A stretch of DNA of 64,000 bases, taken from assembly GCA_964408025.1 (NCBI GenBank), contig CAYOXX010000001.1, positions 7,627 through 71,626 of the forward strand, in the 5' to 3' direction. Origin of the DNA: an uncultured Acidobacteriota bacterium (GTDB lineage Bacteria; Acidobacteriota; DATKUA01). Of the stretch, positions 29,339 through 39,130 are shown in pieces. Numbering within the stretch: the stretch's first letter is position 1; each line of letters starts with the position of its first letter. The notes below the pieces were generated by a model, which saw only the letters and a program-made list of their open reading frames with translations, had not been told where the DNA came from and did no database searches. The position numbers and the translations under genes were made by a program.

Positions 29339-30379
29339 TCAATCCGGCAGGAGCTCTTCGGCCAGCGCAATCGCGTCGAGGACGCCCCCCCTGAGAATGT
29401 TGTCGTAGCTGATCCACATCCAGAAGGCGCCGGTGACGCCTGAAACTGCTTGCAGCCGTCCAACCTGGAAGAGCCGACTCTGCGATGAATCCAACGGGCT
29501 TGGAATGTCCGCCGGATCATCAGCCTCATCGAAGAGCTGGAAGAGCGGGCCCTCCTCGGATGGCGATCGGTATCGGGTAAGCGCGGAGCGGAGACTCTCT
29601 TCGCTCGGATCGTCCTCGAACTTGACGAAAAGAGAGATGATAGTGGAGAAGAATATCGGCGCCAGTGCAGCGCGGGCTAGCAGCGGCAGCTCGGGTCTCG
29701 AGATCAGGTGCCGAACCTGGGCCTCGACCGCCTTCTCGTAAACCGAGCACCCTCCGCCGGGGGGCGCGGGGGTTGGTTGAGCGAACGCCGGGTGGATGTT
29801 AAAGATAAGCTGCCGACCGAAGAGGTCTTCGGGGACGGCCGAGAAGTTGAGCAGCTCGACGGTCTGCCTGTGCAGCGCTTCGCTGCCGGCGTTACCCAGC
29901 TCCGACACAGGGACGATATTGGTGGAGAGGGCGTACTCGAGCTCGCCGGCCTGGAAACAGGCATCCAGAACGGTGGCCAGACCGATCGCCAGCGAGTCAG
30001 GGAGGGCCAGCGTCGAGGTCGGCTGGCGGCCGCGCGGCAGCAGGGCGGTAGTCGGAAGACGGTTCCCGGTGGAGCCGGGTACGCAGCCTAGGACTATGGC
30101 GACAGCCCCTTCCTTGCCGAGACCGCGAAGGCACTCCTCTGTCTGCTCGGCATCTCCGCATAAGAAGACGAGGTCGGCCGAATTGACGGCCTCGAGAGTT
30201 AGGCCGGCGATCATCTCCGCCCCGTTGTCGTATTCGGTTAGCGTGCCGGCTAAATCTATGTCGTCGAGGAACTTTACTTGCCCGCTTTGCAAGCGGCTGC
30301 TGGGCAGCGCTTCCTTGAGCGCCTTGCCCTTTGGCGAGGTCGAGCCGGTAATAGCTATCGAGATCTTTTTAGCGGCCAT
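29339..30379 (-). CDS. Aspartate-semialdehyde dehydrogenase (Asd) family protein, apparently lacking the catalytic Cys
   Basis: It has an N-terminal Rossmann fold (ISIAITGSTSPKGKAL) and an Asd-like C-terminus (WISYDNILRGGVLDAIALAEELL). The region that aligns with the Asd active site NPNC reads LPDS, so Cys is replaced by Ser in my manual alignment. It also has an acidic insertion. Confidence 0.45.
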   Translation of the reverse strand: MAAKKISIAITGSTSPKGKALKEALPSSRLQSGQVKFLDDIDLAGTLTEYDNGAEMIAGLTLEAVNSADLVFLCGDAEQTEECLRGLGKEGAVAIVLGCVPGSTGNRLPTTALLPRGRQPTSTLALPDSLAIGLATVLDACFQAGELEYALSTNIVPVSELGNAGSEALHRQTVELLNFSAVPEDLFGRQLIFNIHPAFAQPTPAPPGGGCSVYEKAVEAQVRHLISRPELPLLARAALAPIFFSTIISLFVKFEDDPSEESLRSALTRYRSPSEEGPLFQLFDEADDPADIPSPLDSSQSRLFQVGRLQAVSGVTGAFWMWISYDNILRGGVLDAIALAEELLPD

Positions 30380-30445
30380 TGCCTTACCATGAAAAAAAGG
30401 AGCTCGGGGCTCCCATTTTCCGGTTTGCTTTCGAATGCGAGAGGA

Positions 30446-30676
30446 CTAAGAGCTCCGGGCTCTGTACTGCTCGATAAAGATCTGCATCTGGTCCTTGAGG
30501 TTGAGTTTCTTCTTTTTCATTTCGGTCATCTCGCGTTCCTCTTCCGACGTCAAATAGGAACGCCCTTGAAGCTGGCCCAGGCGCTTTTCGTAGTTCTGGT
30601 GCTCGCTGTAGAGCCGTTTGAAATCAAAGTTCTCCTTGATAAGCATCTCTTTGATGTTGGCACTACTAAGGCCCAT
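30446..30676 (-). CDS. DUF465/YdcH-family small coiled-coil protein
   Basis: MGLSSANIKEMLIKENFDFKRLYSEHQNYEKRLGQL...LTSEEEREMTEMKKKKLNLKDQM is the typical YdcH-like pattern. The start was trimmed to MGLSS. Confidence 0.5.
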   Translation of the reverse strand: MGLSSANIKEMLIKENFDFKRLYSEHQNYEKRLGQLQGRSYLTSEEEREMTEMKKKKLNLKDQMQIFIEQYRARSS

Positions 30677-30923
30677 AATCTCTCCTCCCGGCTCACTGAT
30701 AATTGGTCGCTCTAGTGCGATTTTAACATAAAGTCCGTGTCCGGCCAAGCCTCGTGAAGTATTCTGGCTAATTGCTTGTAGAAAAAGGATTTGTCTAGTA
30801 ACCGAAAACGTAGATATCCACTCTTGAAAGTGCTGATCCAGTCCAAGTCGGCGGTCTCATAACTGTCGTTAGTATGGGAGTTACCGGCGTCGAAATCCAC
30901 AAACGGGCTCGGTCTCCATTCCG

Positions 30924-33548
30924 TTAGCCTCGCTTGCGGAATTCTTCTTCGACCAAGCGAATCTCGCCCTCGCGGTTGTCGATCTCGCCATCGAGCCGGG
31001 CCTGCCGTAGGCGCTGGAAGATCTCGCTGAATTGGGGGCCCGGCTGCAGTCCGAGGGCGATAAGGTCTTTTCCGCGCAGCCGGGGACGGACTAGTCGATA
31101 GGAGGTGAGGTAGTTGGCTACGGCCTGCCTCATCGGCTCCCGGTTGGAGAAGGCGTGGATGAAGAGTGCCGTCTCCAGGGGCATCGAATCGAACAGGATG
31201 GTGAATTCGCTCGGCAGCGGCGCTCGCTTGCGGCGCTGCAGCGCCAGGGAAAGCCTCACGTCACTCTTGTATCTCAGCAAGATTCGGGATGTTTTGGCCG
31301 GGAGATCGAGGCGCTCGCACAGGCGTCGACGCTCATGCGCTCGCAGCTTTTCGAACAGGGCCATGTAGAAGATCAGGACGCGGCTGGGGGAGCCCTTGAG
31401 GTAGTTCAGCTCGAACCAGCTCAGAGAGGCGTCTATTTTCCTGATCAGGTTCGCGGTGAAGCGGTCGAGCTTGACCTTGCCGTGCAGGGCCGAGAGGACG
31501 CCGTGGCGGTCCAGCAGCTCGGCGGCGTGCAGCGGCCTCGGGTCGTCGAAGAGCAGCTTCATCTCCGTGTGGATGCGCTTCCCGGAGACCCGCCTGGTCA
31601 TGCCCCGGCGCATCGCGCCCTGCATGAGCTGGCGGGTGCCGTCGGCGATCTCGAAGGAGAGGCGGTTGGCGAAGCGGATGGCGCGCAGGATGCGCGTCGG
31701 GTCGTCGACGAAGCTGAGGCTGTGCAGCACCCGAACCTTGCGGTTGCGGATATCCCTGAGGCCGCCGAAGTAGTCGATGAGCCTCCCGAACTCGCCGGCG
31801 ACGAGGCTGACGGCGAGAGTGTTTATGGTGAAGTCGCGGCGGTAGAGGTCGGCGCGCAGACCGCCCTTCTGCACCTGTGGCAGGGCGCCGGGGGAGGGGT
31901 AGCTCTCGCTGCGGGCGGTAGCCACGTCGAGGCGGAATCCGTCCGGGAAAATAACTACGGCAGTGCCGAAGTGTGGATGAGCCTTCGCATAGCCGCCACC
32001 GCGAGCGGCCATCTCGTGGGCGAAGCCGATTCCGTCGGCGCTGACGACTAGGTCCACGTCTTTGTTGGGAAGATTTAGTAGCAGGTCGCGGACGATCCCG
32101 CCCACTAGGTAGACTTCTTTTCCCTGCTGCTGAGCGGTTTCGGAGGCCAGCTTCAGGGCCTCGAGCACCCGCTGGTCCAGACGCTTGTCAAGCATGTCGG
32201 CGACGTTGAGGCTCCTCGAGGATCTCTGCAGGTCGATGCGCGTCCTATCCCTCGCATCCCTGCGCTCGACGTAGAGGCGAAGGAACAGGTCCATGCGCGT
32301 GATGATCCCTTCCACCTTCCCCGGACCGTCACCTACCAGGAGCGCGCGCTGGGTGCCCTCCATCAGGAGCTCCTCTGCCTCGTCGATGCTGGCATCGGGG
32401 GGGACGATCACGATGTCGGGATTCATCACCTCCGACACCTTACCTCGCAGGCGGTGCGCCGCGGCGCGGTCGAGCTGCTGGCGTGTGACGATGCCGACGA
32501 CCCGTCCTCCACGCTCGATCGGCAGGGAGTTGATATTGAGCTTGACGATCTTGGAGCGCGCATCTCGTATGTCCTCTTCCGCGCCGATCGAATGGGGGTT
32601 GGGGTGCATGATGTCGCGGGCCATCAGCGTAGGCTTGACGGTCGAGCGCAAGACTGAGATGAGTTGTTCGACGACCTCGACGGTGGTTTTATCGGATACT
32701 ACCGCCGAGGCGGCGGTGGCATGACCGCCGCCGCCTATTTCACCTAGCGCTCGCGATATGTCGACCCTGTGATGCCGGCTGCGGCCGATCACGTGCACCT
32801 TGTCGCCCATGCGCATGACCGCGACGTAGACCAGGTAGCGCTCCAGTTCCACCTGCTTGTGTACCACCGAGGCGGCGTCGCTGACGAAGTCCTCGCGCTC
32901 GGCGGTGGAAATGATTACCGGCACCCCAGCGACGTCGTGGCTGCGGGCGCCGGCGATGAGCTGGTTCAGCAGCGAGAGCTGCTCGGTCGAAAGGTCGCGG
33001 CTTAGGAAGTTGGAGACCAGCGAGAGGTCGGCGCCGCAGCTCAATAGGTAGGCGATCTGGCGGGCGTCCTCGGGTGTGGTTGTGCGGTAGGTGAGGAAGC
33101 CGGTGTCCTCGTAGATCCCCATGGCCATGATCGTCGCCTCCATGCGCGAGATGGCGATACGGCGTCGGCGGAGCAGCCGCAGCAGCAGCGTGGTGACGGC
33201 TCCGTAGGGGCGGATGAGGGTTCGGGATGCCTTGATATCGCTCTCCGGCGAGGAGTGGTGGTCGTAGATGACCACCTTAACGTCGGGTTTGCGCGCCAGC
33301 TCCGCCAGGGGACCGAGCCGCGAGCTGTGGCTGACGTCGACGAGGATCATCTTGTCAACGCTGTCGAAATCGAGGTCGCGAAGCCGGACCTCGTCGAAAC
33401 GGTAGTACGGGTTGTCGATGAAGGCCTGCAGTGCCGTCTCCTTCGACCCCGAAAAGACGATTCGCGCGCCCGGGTGCAGCTTGTGGGCGGCCAGCATGGC
33501 GGCGAAGGAGTCGAAGTCGGCGTTGCCATGCGAGGTGATGATTTCCAT
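30924..33548 (-). CDS. Multidomain DHH/DHHA1 phosphoesterase - CBS pair - poly(A) polymerase/CCA-adding nucleotidyltransferase family protein (874 aa)
   Basis: The N-terminus (HGNADFDSFAAM...DHH) is DHH-like. Mid-region CBS motifs follow. The C-terminal half has the pol-beta-like NTase head motif (GGIVRDLLLN..NKDVDLVV..) and a tRNA-NT/HD-like tail. Confidence 0.65.
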   Translation of the reverse strand: MEIITSHGNADFDSFAAMLAAHKLHPGARIVFSGSKETALQAFIDNPYYRFDEVRLRDLDFDSVDKMILVDVSHSSRLGPLAELARKPDVKVVIYDHHSSPESDIKASRTLIRPYGAVTTLLLRLLRRRRIAISRMEATIMAMGIYEDTGFLTYRTTTPEDARQIAYLLSCGADLSLVSNFLSRDLSTEQLSLLNQLIAGARSHDVAGVPVIISTAEREDFVSDAASVVHKQVELERYLVYVAVMRMGDKVHVIGRSRHHRVDISRALGEIGGGGHATAASAVVSDKTTVEVVEQLISVLRSTVKPTLMARDIMHPNPHSIGAEEDIRDARSKIVKLNINSLPIERGGRVVGIVTRQQLDRAAAHRLRGKVSEVMNPDIVIVPPDASIDEAEELLMEGTQRALLVGDGPGKVEGIITRMDLFLRLYVERRDARDRTRIDLQRSSRSLNVADMLDKRLDQRVLEALKLASETAQQQGKEVYLVGGIVRDLLLNLPNKDVDLVVSADGIGFAHEMAARGGGYAKAHPHFGTAVVIFPDGFRLDVATARSESYPSPGALPQVQKGGLRADLYRRDFTINTLAVSLVAGEFGRLIDYFGGLRDIRNRKVRVLHSLSFVDDPTRILRAIRFANRLSFEIADGTRQLMQGAMRRGMTRRVSGKRIHTEMKLLFDDPRPLHAAELLDRHGVLSALHGKVKLDRFTANLIRKIDASLSWFELNYLKGSPSRVLIFYMALFEKLRAHERRRLCERLDLPAKTSRILLRYKSDVRLSLALQRRKRAPLPSEFTILFDSMPLETALFIHAFSNREPMRQAVANYLTSYRLVRPRLRGKDLIALGLQPGPQFSEIFQRLRQARLDGEIDNREGEIRLVEEEFRKRG

Positions 33549-33649
33549 ACGCTTCCGACGTGGTTCCCGATAGCCGTGCTAGACGCGAGCGAAAAAGGGT
33601 TTACCAGGTTTCATATTAACCCATTCGCGTTACGATGGCCTGCGCGGAT

Positions 33650-34318
33650 CTAGTGGGCGGCCGGGCTCAGAAGGCTCAGAGGATCTATCGGCGTGCCGTG
33701 GCGTCGGATTTCGAAGTGCAGGTGGTAGCCGCTCGCGTTACCGCTGCGGCCGACGGTGGCGATGCGCTGGCCCCGCTGTACCGGCTGGCCGCGCCGAACC
33801 AGGTTGCTATCGTTGTGGGCGTAAAGGCTAAGCAGGCCGTCGGAGTGCTGGACCTTGATGGTGTTGCCGTAATCGCCCAGCCTGCCGCTGAATACCACGC
33901 GCCCCGCAAGCACCGCGCGCACCGGGCTCCCTCGTGGCGCTGCGATGTCGATTCCCGTGTGCCGGTGGCCCCTGCGCACGGAGCCGAAGTAGCTGGTTAT
34001 CGACCCCGCGACGGGGAGTAGTGATAAACGTGCCGCGTTCGGCCGAATCACGGGAACTTCCAGGACGCTACGGGCGCCCGGTATGAACAGCCGCTGGCCG
34101 CTGCGGATCCGATGCGGATTGGCGATGCCGTTGACTCGGGCGACGCGGTCCAGAGGGACGCGGTAGGTCAGGGCTATGCGGTAGAGTGTCTGGCCGGGCC
34201 GCACCACGTGGTAGACGCCGTCTCCGACCGCCGGATGGTGCCTCGAGGCGCACGATGTAATCGAAAGGAGCAGGGCGGAAAGAAATAGCGCTATCAGAAA
34301 GGTTTTTCGGAAAAACAT
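33650..34318 (-). CDS. LysM + M23 peptidase family lipoprotein (NlpD/EnvC-like)
   Basis: It has a signal peptide with a lipobox (ITSCAS). The LysM domain reads YHVVRPGQTLYRIALTYRV. The M23 motifs are HTGIDIAA and HLHFEIR. Confidence 0.8.
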   Translation of the reverse strand: MFFRKTFLIALFLSALLLSITSCASRHHPAVGDGVYHVVRPGQTLYRIALTYRVPLDRVARVNGIANPHRIRSGQRLFIPGARSVLEVPVIRPNAARLSLLPVAGSITSYFGSVRRGHRHTGIDIAAPRGSPVRAVLAGRVVFSGRLGDYGNTIKVQHSDGLLSLYAHNDSNLVRRGQPVQRGQRIATVGRSGNASGYHLHFEIRRHGTPIDPLSLLSPAAH

Positions 34319-34420
34319 CGATCGAATTGACCGTAATAACCCTTGACCGATACCGTCGTTAACCGTAAACTATTATCTCATACTATTCGTTATTTTACAA
34401 GAGGTTAGAGCGATTAGGCT

Positions 34421-35173
34421 ATGTATTTAATTGAATTGGTGGAATATCTTGACGGCTTGCTTGGTGTTGCCGAGATCAAGGATACAGCCTGCAACGGCCT
34501 GCAGGTCGAGGGGCCGGAAGAGGTTTCTAAGCTGGCCTTCGCCGTCGACGCGTGCCGTGCGTCAATAGAGGAAGCGGCGTTGCGTGGCGCCCAGCTACTC
34601 GTAACTCATCACGGCCTCCTGTGGGAGGACGTCCAGCCCGTCGTCGACATCCACTACGGCAGGCTCAGGGCACTCTTGGACGGGAGCATGGGGCTCTACG
34701 CGGTCCACCTGCCCCTCGATTGCCACCCCCAGCTCGGCAACAACGCGCAGCTGGCAGCGGTCCTGGGTATGACCGACGAAGGATTCTTCGGCCTTTACGA
34801 GGGAGAGATGATCGGTAAAATCGGCCTCTACGCCGACGGTCTGCACAGGGTTGAGCTCTCCGAAAGGGTGGAATCCGCGCTGGCAACGTCTGCGCGGCTG
34901 CTTCCGTTCGGGCCGGAGTGCGCCGGGAAAGTCGGCATCGTCTCGGGCCGCGGCGGTTCCTTGATCGCCGATGCCGCCAAGTGCGGCTGCGACACCTTCA
35001 TCACCGGTGAGCACGAGCACGCGATCTACCACGCGGCGCTCGAGCACGGCATCAACGTCGTGCTGGCCGGACATTACGCCACCGAGAAAGTGGGAGTGCT
35101 CGCCTTGCAGGAGCACCTCCGCAGTGAGTTTGACCTCGAGACGACATTCATAGACCTGCCTACGGGGCTCTGA
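34421..35173 (+). CDS. Nif3-family dinuclear metal centre protein (GTP cyclohydrolase 1 type 2 homolog)
   Basis: 250 aa. ...GLQVEG...LVTHHGLLW... and the C-terminal ...FITGEHEHA...AGHYATE match the NIF3/YqfO pattern. Confidence 0.75.
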   Translation: MYLIELVEYLDGLLGVAEIKDTACNGLQVEGPEEVSKLAFAVDACRASIEEAALRGAQLLVTHHGLLWEDVQPVVDIHYGRLRALLDGSMGLYAVHLPLDCHPQLGNNAQLAAVLGMTDEGFFGLYEGEMIGKIGLYADGLHRVELSERVESALATSARLLPFGPECAGKVGIVSGRGGSLIADAAKCGCDTFITGEHEHAIYHAALEHGINVVLAGHYATEKVGVLALQEHLRSEFDLETTFIDLPTGL

Positions 35174-35176
35174 GCT

Positions 35177-36850
35177 ATGTTGAGGGACTTGAACATCAGC
35201 AACGTGGCCATCATCGATCGGCTGGAGATGGAGTTCACACCCGGCCTAAACCTCCTCACCGGGGAAACGGGGGCGGGGAAGTCGATAATCATCGACGCCC
35301 TCGGGCTGGCACTCGGCGCCCGCGGATCCGCGGATCTCGTCAAGACAGGCGCCAAGGAGGCTGTGGTCGAAGCGGTCTTCGACAATCCGGACAGCGAGGA
35401 GATCAGGCGGCTGGCGGACGAGGCCGGATTCAGCCTCGGGGATGAACTGATCCTGCGGCGAAGGGTGAGCGCCAAGGGGGTGAGCCGCGCCTACGCAAAC
35501 GATTCGCACGCCAGCGTGAGCACGCTCCGCAGGCTGGGAGAACTGCTGGTGAACGTGCACGGGCAGCGGGAAGGAGACGAGCTGCTGGGACCGGAGGGCC
35601 AGATGGCAGTCCTCGACGCTTACGCCGACGCCGGCGAAGCCGCGCAACGCGTGTCGGAAACCTTCGATCGCCTGAGGTCTGTGGAAGGCGAGCTGCAATC
35701 GACACTCACGGACGAGCGGGCCCGCGCCCGGGAGCTTGACCTGCTGAGTCACCAGGTGAACGAGATCGAGTCGGCCAAGCTCGATCCGGGCGAGGAGGAG
35801 CACCTGGGGCGTGAGAGCGAGCTGCTGCGCAACGCCGAGAGGCTCCGGGAGCTGAGCGACAGGGCATTTCGGCAGCTCTACGCCGGCGACGACGCGATAA
35901 CCGCGCGTTTGGCCGTGCTGGTAGGCGACGTGTCGGAGCTGGCCGGTTTCGACAAGTCGTTCGCCGCCGACAGGAAACAATTGGAAGAGACGCGCTACCA
36001 GTTAGAGGAGATAGCCAACTCGCTGCGCGATTTTTCAGCGCGCATAGACGACGATCCACGCCGGCTGGAGAAGATCGAACAGCGCCTGGACGCGATCAGG
36101 ACTCTGCAGCGCAAGTACGGCGAGACGACAGCCGAGGTTCTCGATTATCTGGAGAAAGCGAAAGCAAGGCACGCGGAGCTGCAGGGCGCCGATGAGAGGC
36201 TGGAAATCCTACGGGCAGAGCTGAGCGAGCTGGAGGGGTACTACGAGAGTGAGGCCGCCGAGCTGCGTTCTATCAGGGAAAGCTCGGTCCCGGAGTTCGT
36301 CGCCAAGGTGAAGAGCCACCTCGCGGAGCTGGCCATGTCGAAGGCCAGGTTCGAAGTGTCGCTTCGGGACAATCCGCGCGGGCGGACGCGCCGAGGCAAA
36401 GACAGGGTGGCGTTCAGGATCTCACCAAATCCTGGTGAGGATCTGAAGCCCCTCGAGAAGGTCGCCTCCGGAGGCGAGCTATCGCGGCTGATGCTGGCTA
36501 TCAAGTCCTCGTCCGCAGAACCGAAAGGCTACCGGACGGTGATCTTCGACGAGGTGGACGCGGGTATCGGTGGCCGGGTGGCTGAATTCGTGGGGCGCAA
36601 GCTGAAGCGCCTCTCCGCCTCGCAGCAGGTTATCTGCATTACCCACCTGCCGCAGATCGCGGTCTACGCGGAGCACCACAGCAGGGTTGTGAAGAGGTCG
36701 GGCGCCGGCGTAACCGAGGTCGAATCGCGCACGCTGGGTGAAGAAGAGCGCGTCGAGGAGCTGGCGCGGATGCTGGGCGGGGAGAGGATCACCGAGGTCA
36801 CACGCCGCCACGCCCTCCAGCTGCTGAAGCAGGCGCGAAGCTACTCCTGA
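35177..36850 (+). CDS. recN: DNA repair protein RecN
   Basis: 557 aa. It has a Walker A (LTGETGAGKSIIIDAL), a long coiled coil, a signature motif (GGELSRLMLAI) and a Walker B (VIFDEVDAGIGG). Confidence 0.9.
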   Translation: MLRDLNISNVAIIDRLEMEFTPGLNLLTGETGAGKSIIIDALGLALGARGSADLVKTGAKEAVVEAVFDNPDSEEIRRLADEAGFSLGDELILRRRVSAKGVSRAYANDSHASVSTLRRLGELLVNVHGQREGDELLGPEGQMAVLDAYADAGEAAQRVSETFDRLRSVEGELQSTLTDERARARELDLLSHQVNEIESAKLDPGEEEHLGRESELLRNAERLRELSDRAFRQLYAGDDAITARLAVLVGDVSELAGFDKSFAADRKQLEETRYQLEEIANSLRDFSARIDDDPRRLEKIEQRLDAIRTLQRKYGETTAEVLDYLEKAKARHAELQGADERLEILRAELSELEGYYESEAAELRSIRESSVPEFVAKVKSHLAELAMSKARFEVSLRDNPRGRTRRGKDRVAFRISPNPGEDLKPLEKVASGGELSRLMLAIKSSSAEPKGYRTVIFDEVDAGIGGRVAEFVGRKLKRLSASQQVICITHLPQIAVYAEHHSRVVKRSGAGVTEVESRTLGEEERVEELARMLGGERITEVTRRHALQLLKQARSYS

Positions 36851-36874
36851 ACCCTTTGCCGGCCGGGTTTTCTC

Positions 36875-36903
36875 TGGATTTATTGTCGAAAAAGTCTTAT
36901 AAT
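36875..36903 (+). promoter_or_regulatory. Candidate sigma70 promoter upstream of the sensor kinase gene
   Basis: A perfect TATAAT at ~36898-36903 lies 17 nt downstream of TGGATT, in an AT-rich 85-nt gap after recN. A possible hairpin (AACCC...GGGTT) lies just upstream. Confidence 0.3.
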
Positions 36904-36935
36904 ATTAATTTGTTGGTGGCTTTCATGAAATAACT

Positions 36936-38978
36936 TTGAAACCGCAAGCTCCAATACCGCAGTTTTTCAAAGTATACAATACCGGTGTATTCATCGTCGG
37001 CGTAGGACTCGTCCTGGCCTTCTCCTGGTTTGAGCCGGTTGAGGACTGGGTCTCACTTTTACATCAGATGGCATTATTCACCGGCCTGGTACTTGGGGCC
37101 TACTACTTCGCCTTCCAGGTCGGTCCCCGCATTATCTTTTCCATGGATGCCGCGATCTACATCGCCAGCATCTTGGCTTTTGGCCCGGTTAAGGCAGCCT
37201 GGCTGGCAATTATTGCCAACGCCCTCAACGAACTGCTGATCACCAAGCGGAATATCTTTTACCTGTTCCGCTCCTCCGGCATGTACGCCCTGATGGTCAT
37301 GGCGGCTGGACACGTATACATCGCTCTCGGCTACGTGCCGGGCGATCTAACGATATTGCAGTCGCCCCTATCGCTATTGGTTTTCCTGCTCGTTTTCACG
37401 GTCTATTCGGTGTTGAACAACCTGATTATCTCCCTATCGCAGGCCTCCGTCATGCGGATGAGCGCCACGCGCTTCATCTCCGAGAACTTCGTCACGTTAT
37501 ACTTCTCTGAACTGGCGATGGTGCCGCTGGGTGTGATGATCGCCTGGGTGAATCGCTGGGGGATTATTCCTACGCTACTACTGGGGATTGTCCTGATCCT
37601 GGGCAGCGCCATACTCAAGCGACTCGTGCTAACGAAGCAGGACCTAGAGCGCAGGATCGGGGACCTGAACACGCTGACCTCCGTATCACAGATAATCGGC
37701 TCGACGATCTATCTCGACGACCTCTGCAACAAGATCTACGAGCAGTGCAAACGGCTCGCACCGGTGATGACCTTCAGCATCGCCCTCCACAAGCGTGAGA
37801 AAGATCGTCTGGAATTCGTCTACTACGTCAAGGAGGAGCGACGCCTCTCGAAGCCGCCGGAGCCGGACAAGGGCGGCATTAGCGAAACCACGTTCAGCAA
37901 GCAGGAGCCGGTGGTCCTGGCCGATATGGTTAAAGATGCGGAGCGGCAGGGGATCCGGTTAAGCGAGCAGTACGTCAACAGCCGCGGAGAAAAGGCCACT
38001 TCGGCGTTGTGCATACCGCTGGTGAGTGACGAGAATATCATCGGCGCGATGTGTATAACCAGCTCCCAGAAGGGCGCCTATCACGACTTCCACATCCAGG
38101 TTTTTACGATTCTCGGCAACTACATAGCCAGCGCCCTGGTTAACGCCAACCTCTACAAGCAGCTCGAGAACCTCAATCAGGAGCTGGAAGAGAAGGTGCG
38201 CGAGCGGACCGGGGAGCTGGAGAGCGCGATGGAGAAGGCCCTCGAGTCCGACCGCCTCAAGAGCGAGTTCCTCGCCAACATGAGCCACGAGCTGCGCACG
38301 CCCCTGAACGCCATCATCGGCTTCACCGAGCTGGTGATGGACAACAGTGGCGATGTTCCCAAGCGGCAAAGGACGAACCTGGGCAAGGTGATCCGCAACG
38401 CACGCCATCTCCTGGAGATGATCAACCACATTCTCGATCTGTCCATGATCGAAAGCGGGCGGATGGATATCAAGGTGGAGTCTTTCGACCTGATGGAGGT
38501 TATAGATTCCGCAGCCGTCATGATCTCGCCTATGGTGGCCAAGAAAGGTATAAAACTCAGCTACCCGACCGACGAGCAGCCCCTGAGGATCGTGACCGAT
38601 AGGGGCAAGGTGAAGCAGATTCTGATTAATCTCCTCAGCAATGCAGTGAAGTTCACGGAAGAGGGTGGTATAGAGCTGCTGGCCGATGCGAAAGAATCCG
38701 ACGGCGGAGAGAAGATATCCATCACCGTTCGCGATACCGGCATCGGCATCCGGGAACAGGACATCCCCAAAGTGTTCGATAAGTTTCGCCAGGTGGACGG
38801 CTCCAGCACGCGCGAGTACGGCGGAACGGGGCTGGGGCTGGCCATAACGCGGCAGCTTTGCGAACTTCTCGGTGGATCGATCTCGGTCCAGAGCACCTAC
38901 GGAGGCGGCTCCACTTTCACGGTGGTGCTTCCAAGTAAAATCAGCATCAACGCGTATGTCGAGTCCGAGTCCGGGTAG
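36936..38978 (+). CDS. Orphan sensor histidine kinase: polytopic membrane N-domain + GAF + HisKA + HATPase_c
   Basis: It has ~6-7 TM helices in the first 240 aa and a GAF-like region. The H-box reads SHELRTPLNAIIGF. The N, G1 and G2 boxes read NLLSNAVKF, RDTGIGI and GGTGLGL. The start is uncertain: TTG in the track, with no obvious RBS. No response regulator is adjacent. Confidence 0.8.
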   Translation: MKPQAPIPQFFKVYNTGVFIVGVGLVLAFSWFEPVEDWVSLLHQMALFTGLVLGAYYFAFQVGPRIIFSMDAAIYIASILAFGPVKAAWLAIIANALNELLITKRNIFYLFRSSGMYALMVMAAGHVYIALGYVPGDLTILQSPLSLLVFLLVFTVYSVLNNLIISLSQASVMRMSATRFISENFVTLYFSELAMVPLGVMIAWVNRWGIIPTLLLGIVLILGSAILKRLVLTKQDLERRIGDLNTLTSVSQIIGSTIYLDDLCNKIYEQCKRLAPVMTFSIALHKREKDRLEFVYYVKEERRLSKPPEPDKGGISETTFSKQEPVVLADMVKDAERQGIRLSEQYVNSRGEKATSALCIPLVSDENIIGAMCITSSQKGAYHDFHIQVFTILGNYIASALVNANLYKQLENLNQELEEKVRERTGELESAMEKALESDRLKSEFLANMSHELRTPLNAIIGFTELVMDNSGDVPKRQRTNLGKVIRNARHLLEMINHILDLSMIESGRMDIKVESFDLMEVIDSAAVMISPMVAKKGIKLSYPTDEQPLRIVTDRGKVKQILINLLSNAVKFTEEGGIELLADAKESDGGEKISITVRDTGIGIREQDIPKVFDKFRQVDGSSTREYGGTGLGLAITRQLCELLGGSISVQSTYGGGSTFTVVLPSKISINAYVESESG

Positions 38979-39130
38979 AAAAACCACTCCTTCATCCCTT
39001 CATCTTGAATCTGGGAACAGATCCGGGAGGACAAGCAGGGCCGGCCATAAGGCTTCCCAAAAGGATGTGCTAGAATCGCTAGCGACGACGCGCCCCGACT
39101 GCGAGCGCGCTCATACTTCGGCTGTATCGA

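Noticed and set aside
30712-30900. 62-aa ORF (GTG start) in the gap between the DUF465 gene and the CBS/CCA gene.
   Set aside because: It has no recognisable motif and only a weak GGAGAC ~14 nt upstream. It overlaps the untrimmed DUF465 ORF. It could be a real small protein, but the evidence is insufficient.
36925-36933. ATG-AAA-TAA mini-ORF between the candidate promoter and the sensor kinase TTG start.
   Set aside because: It is a two-codon ORF with no RBS. It is probably meaningless, but it shows that the kinase start codon and 5' end are not well defined.
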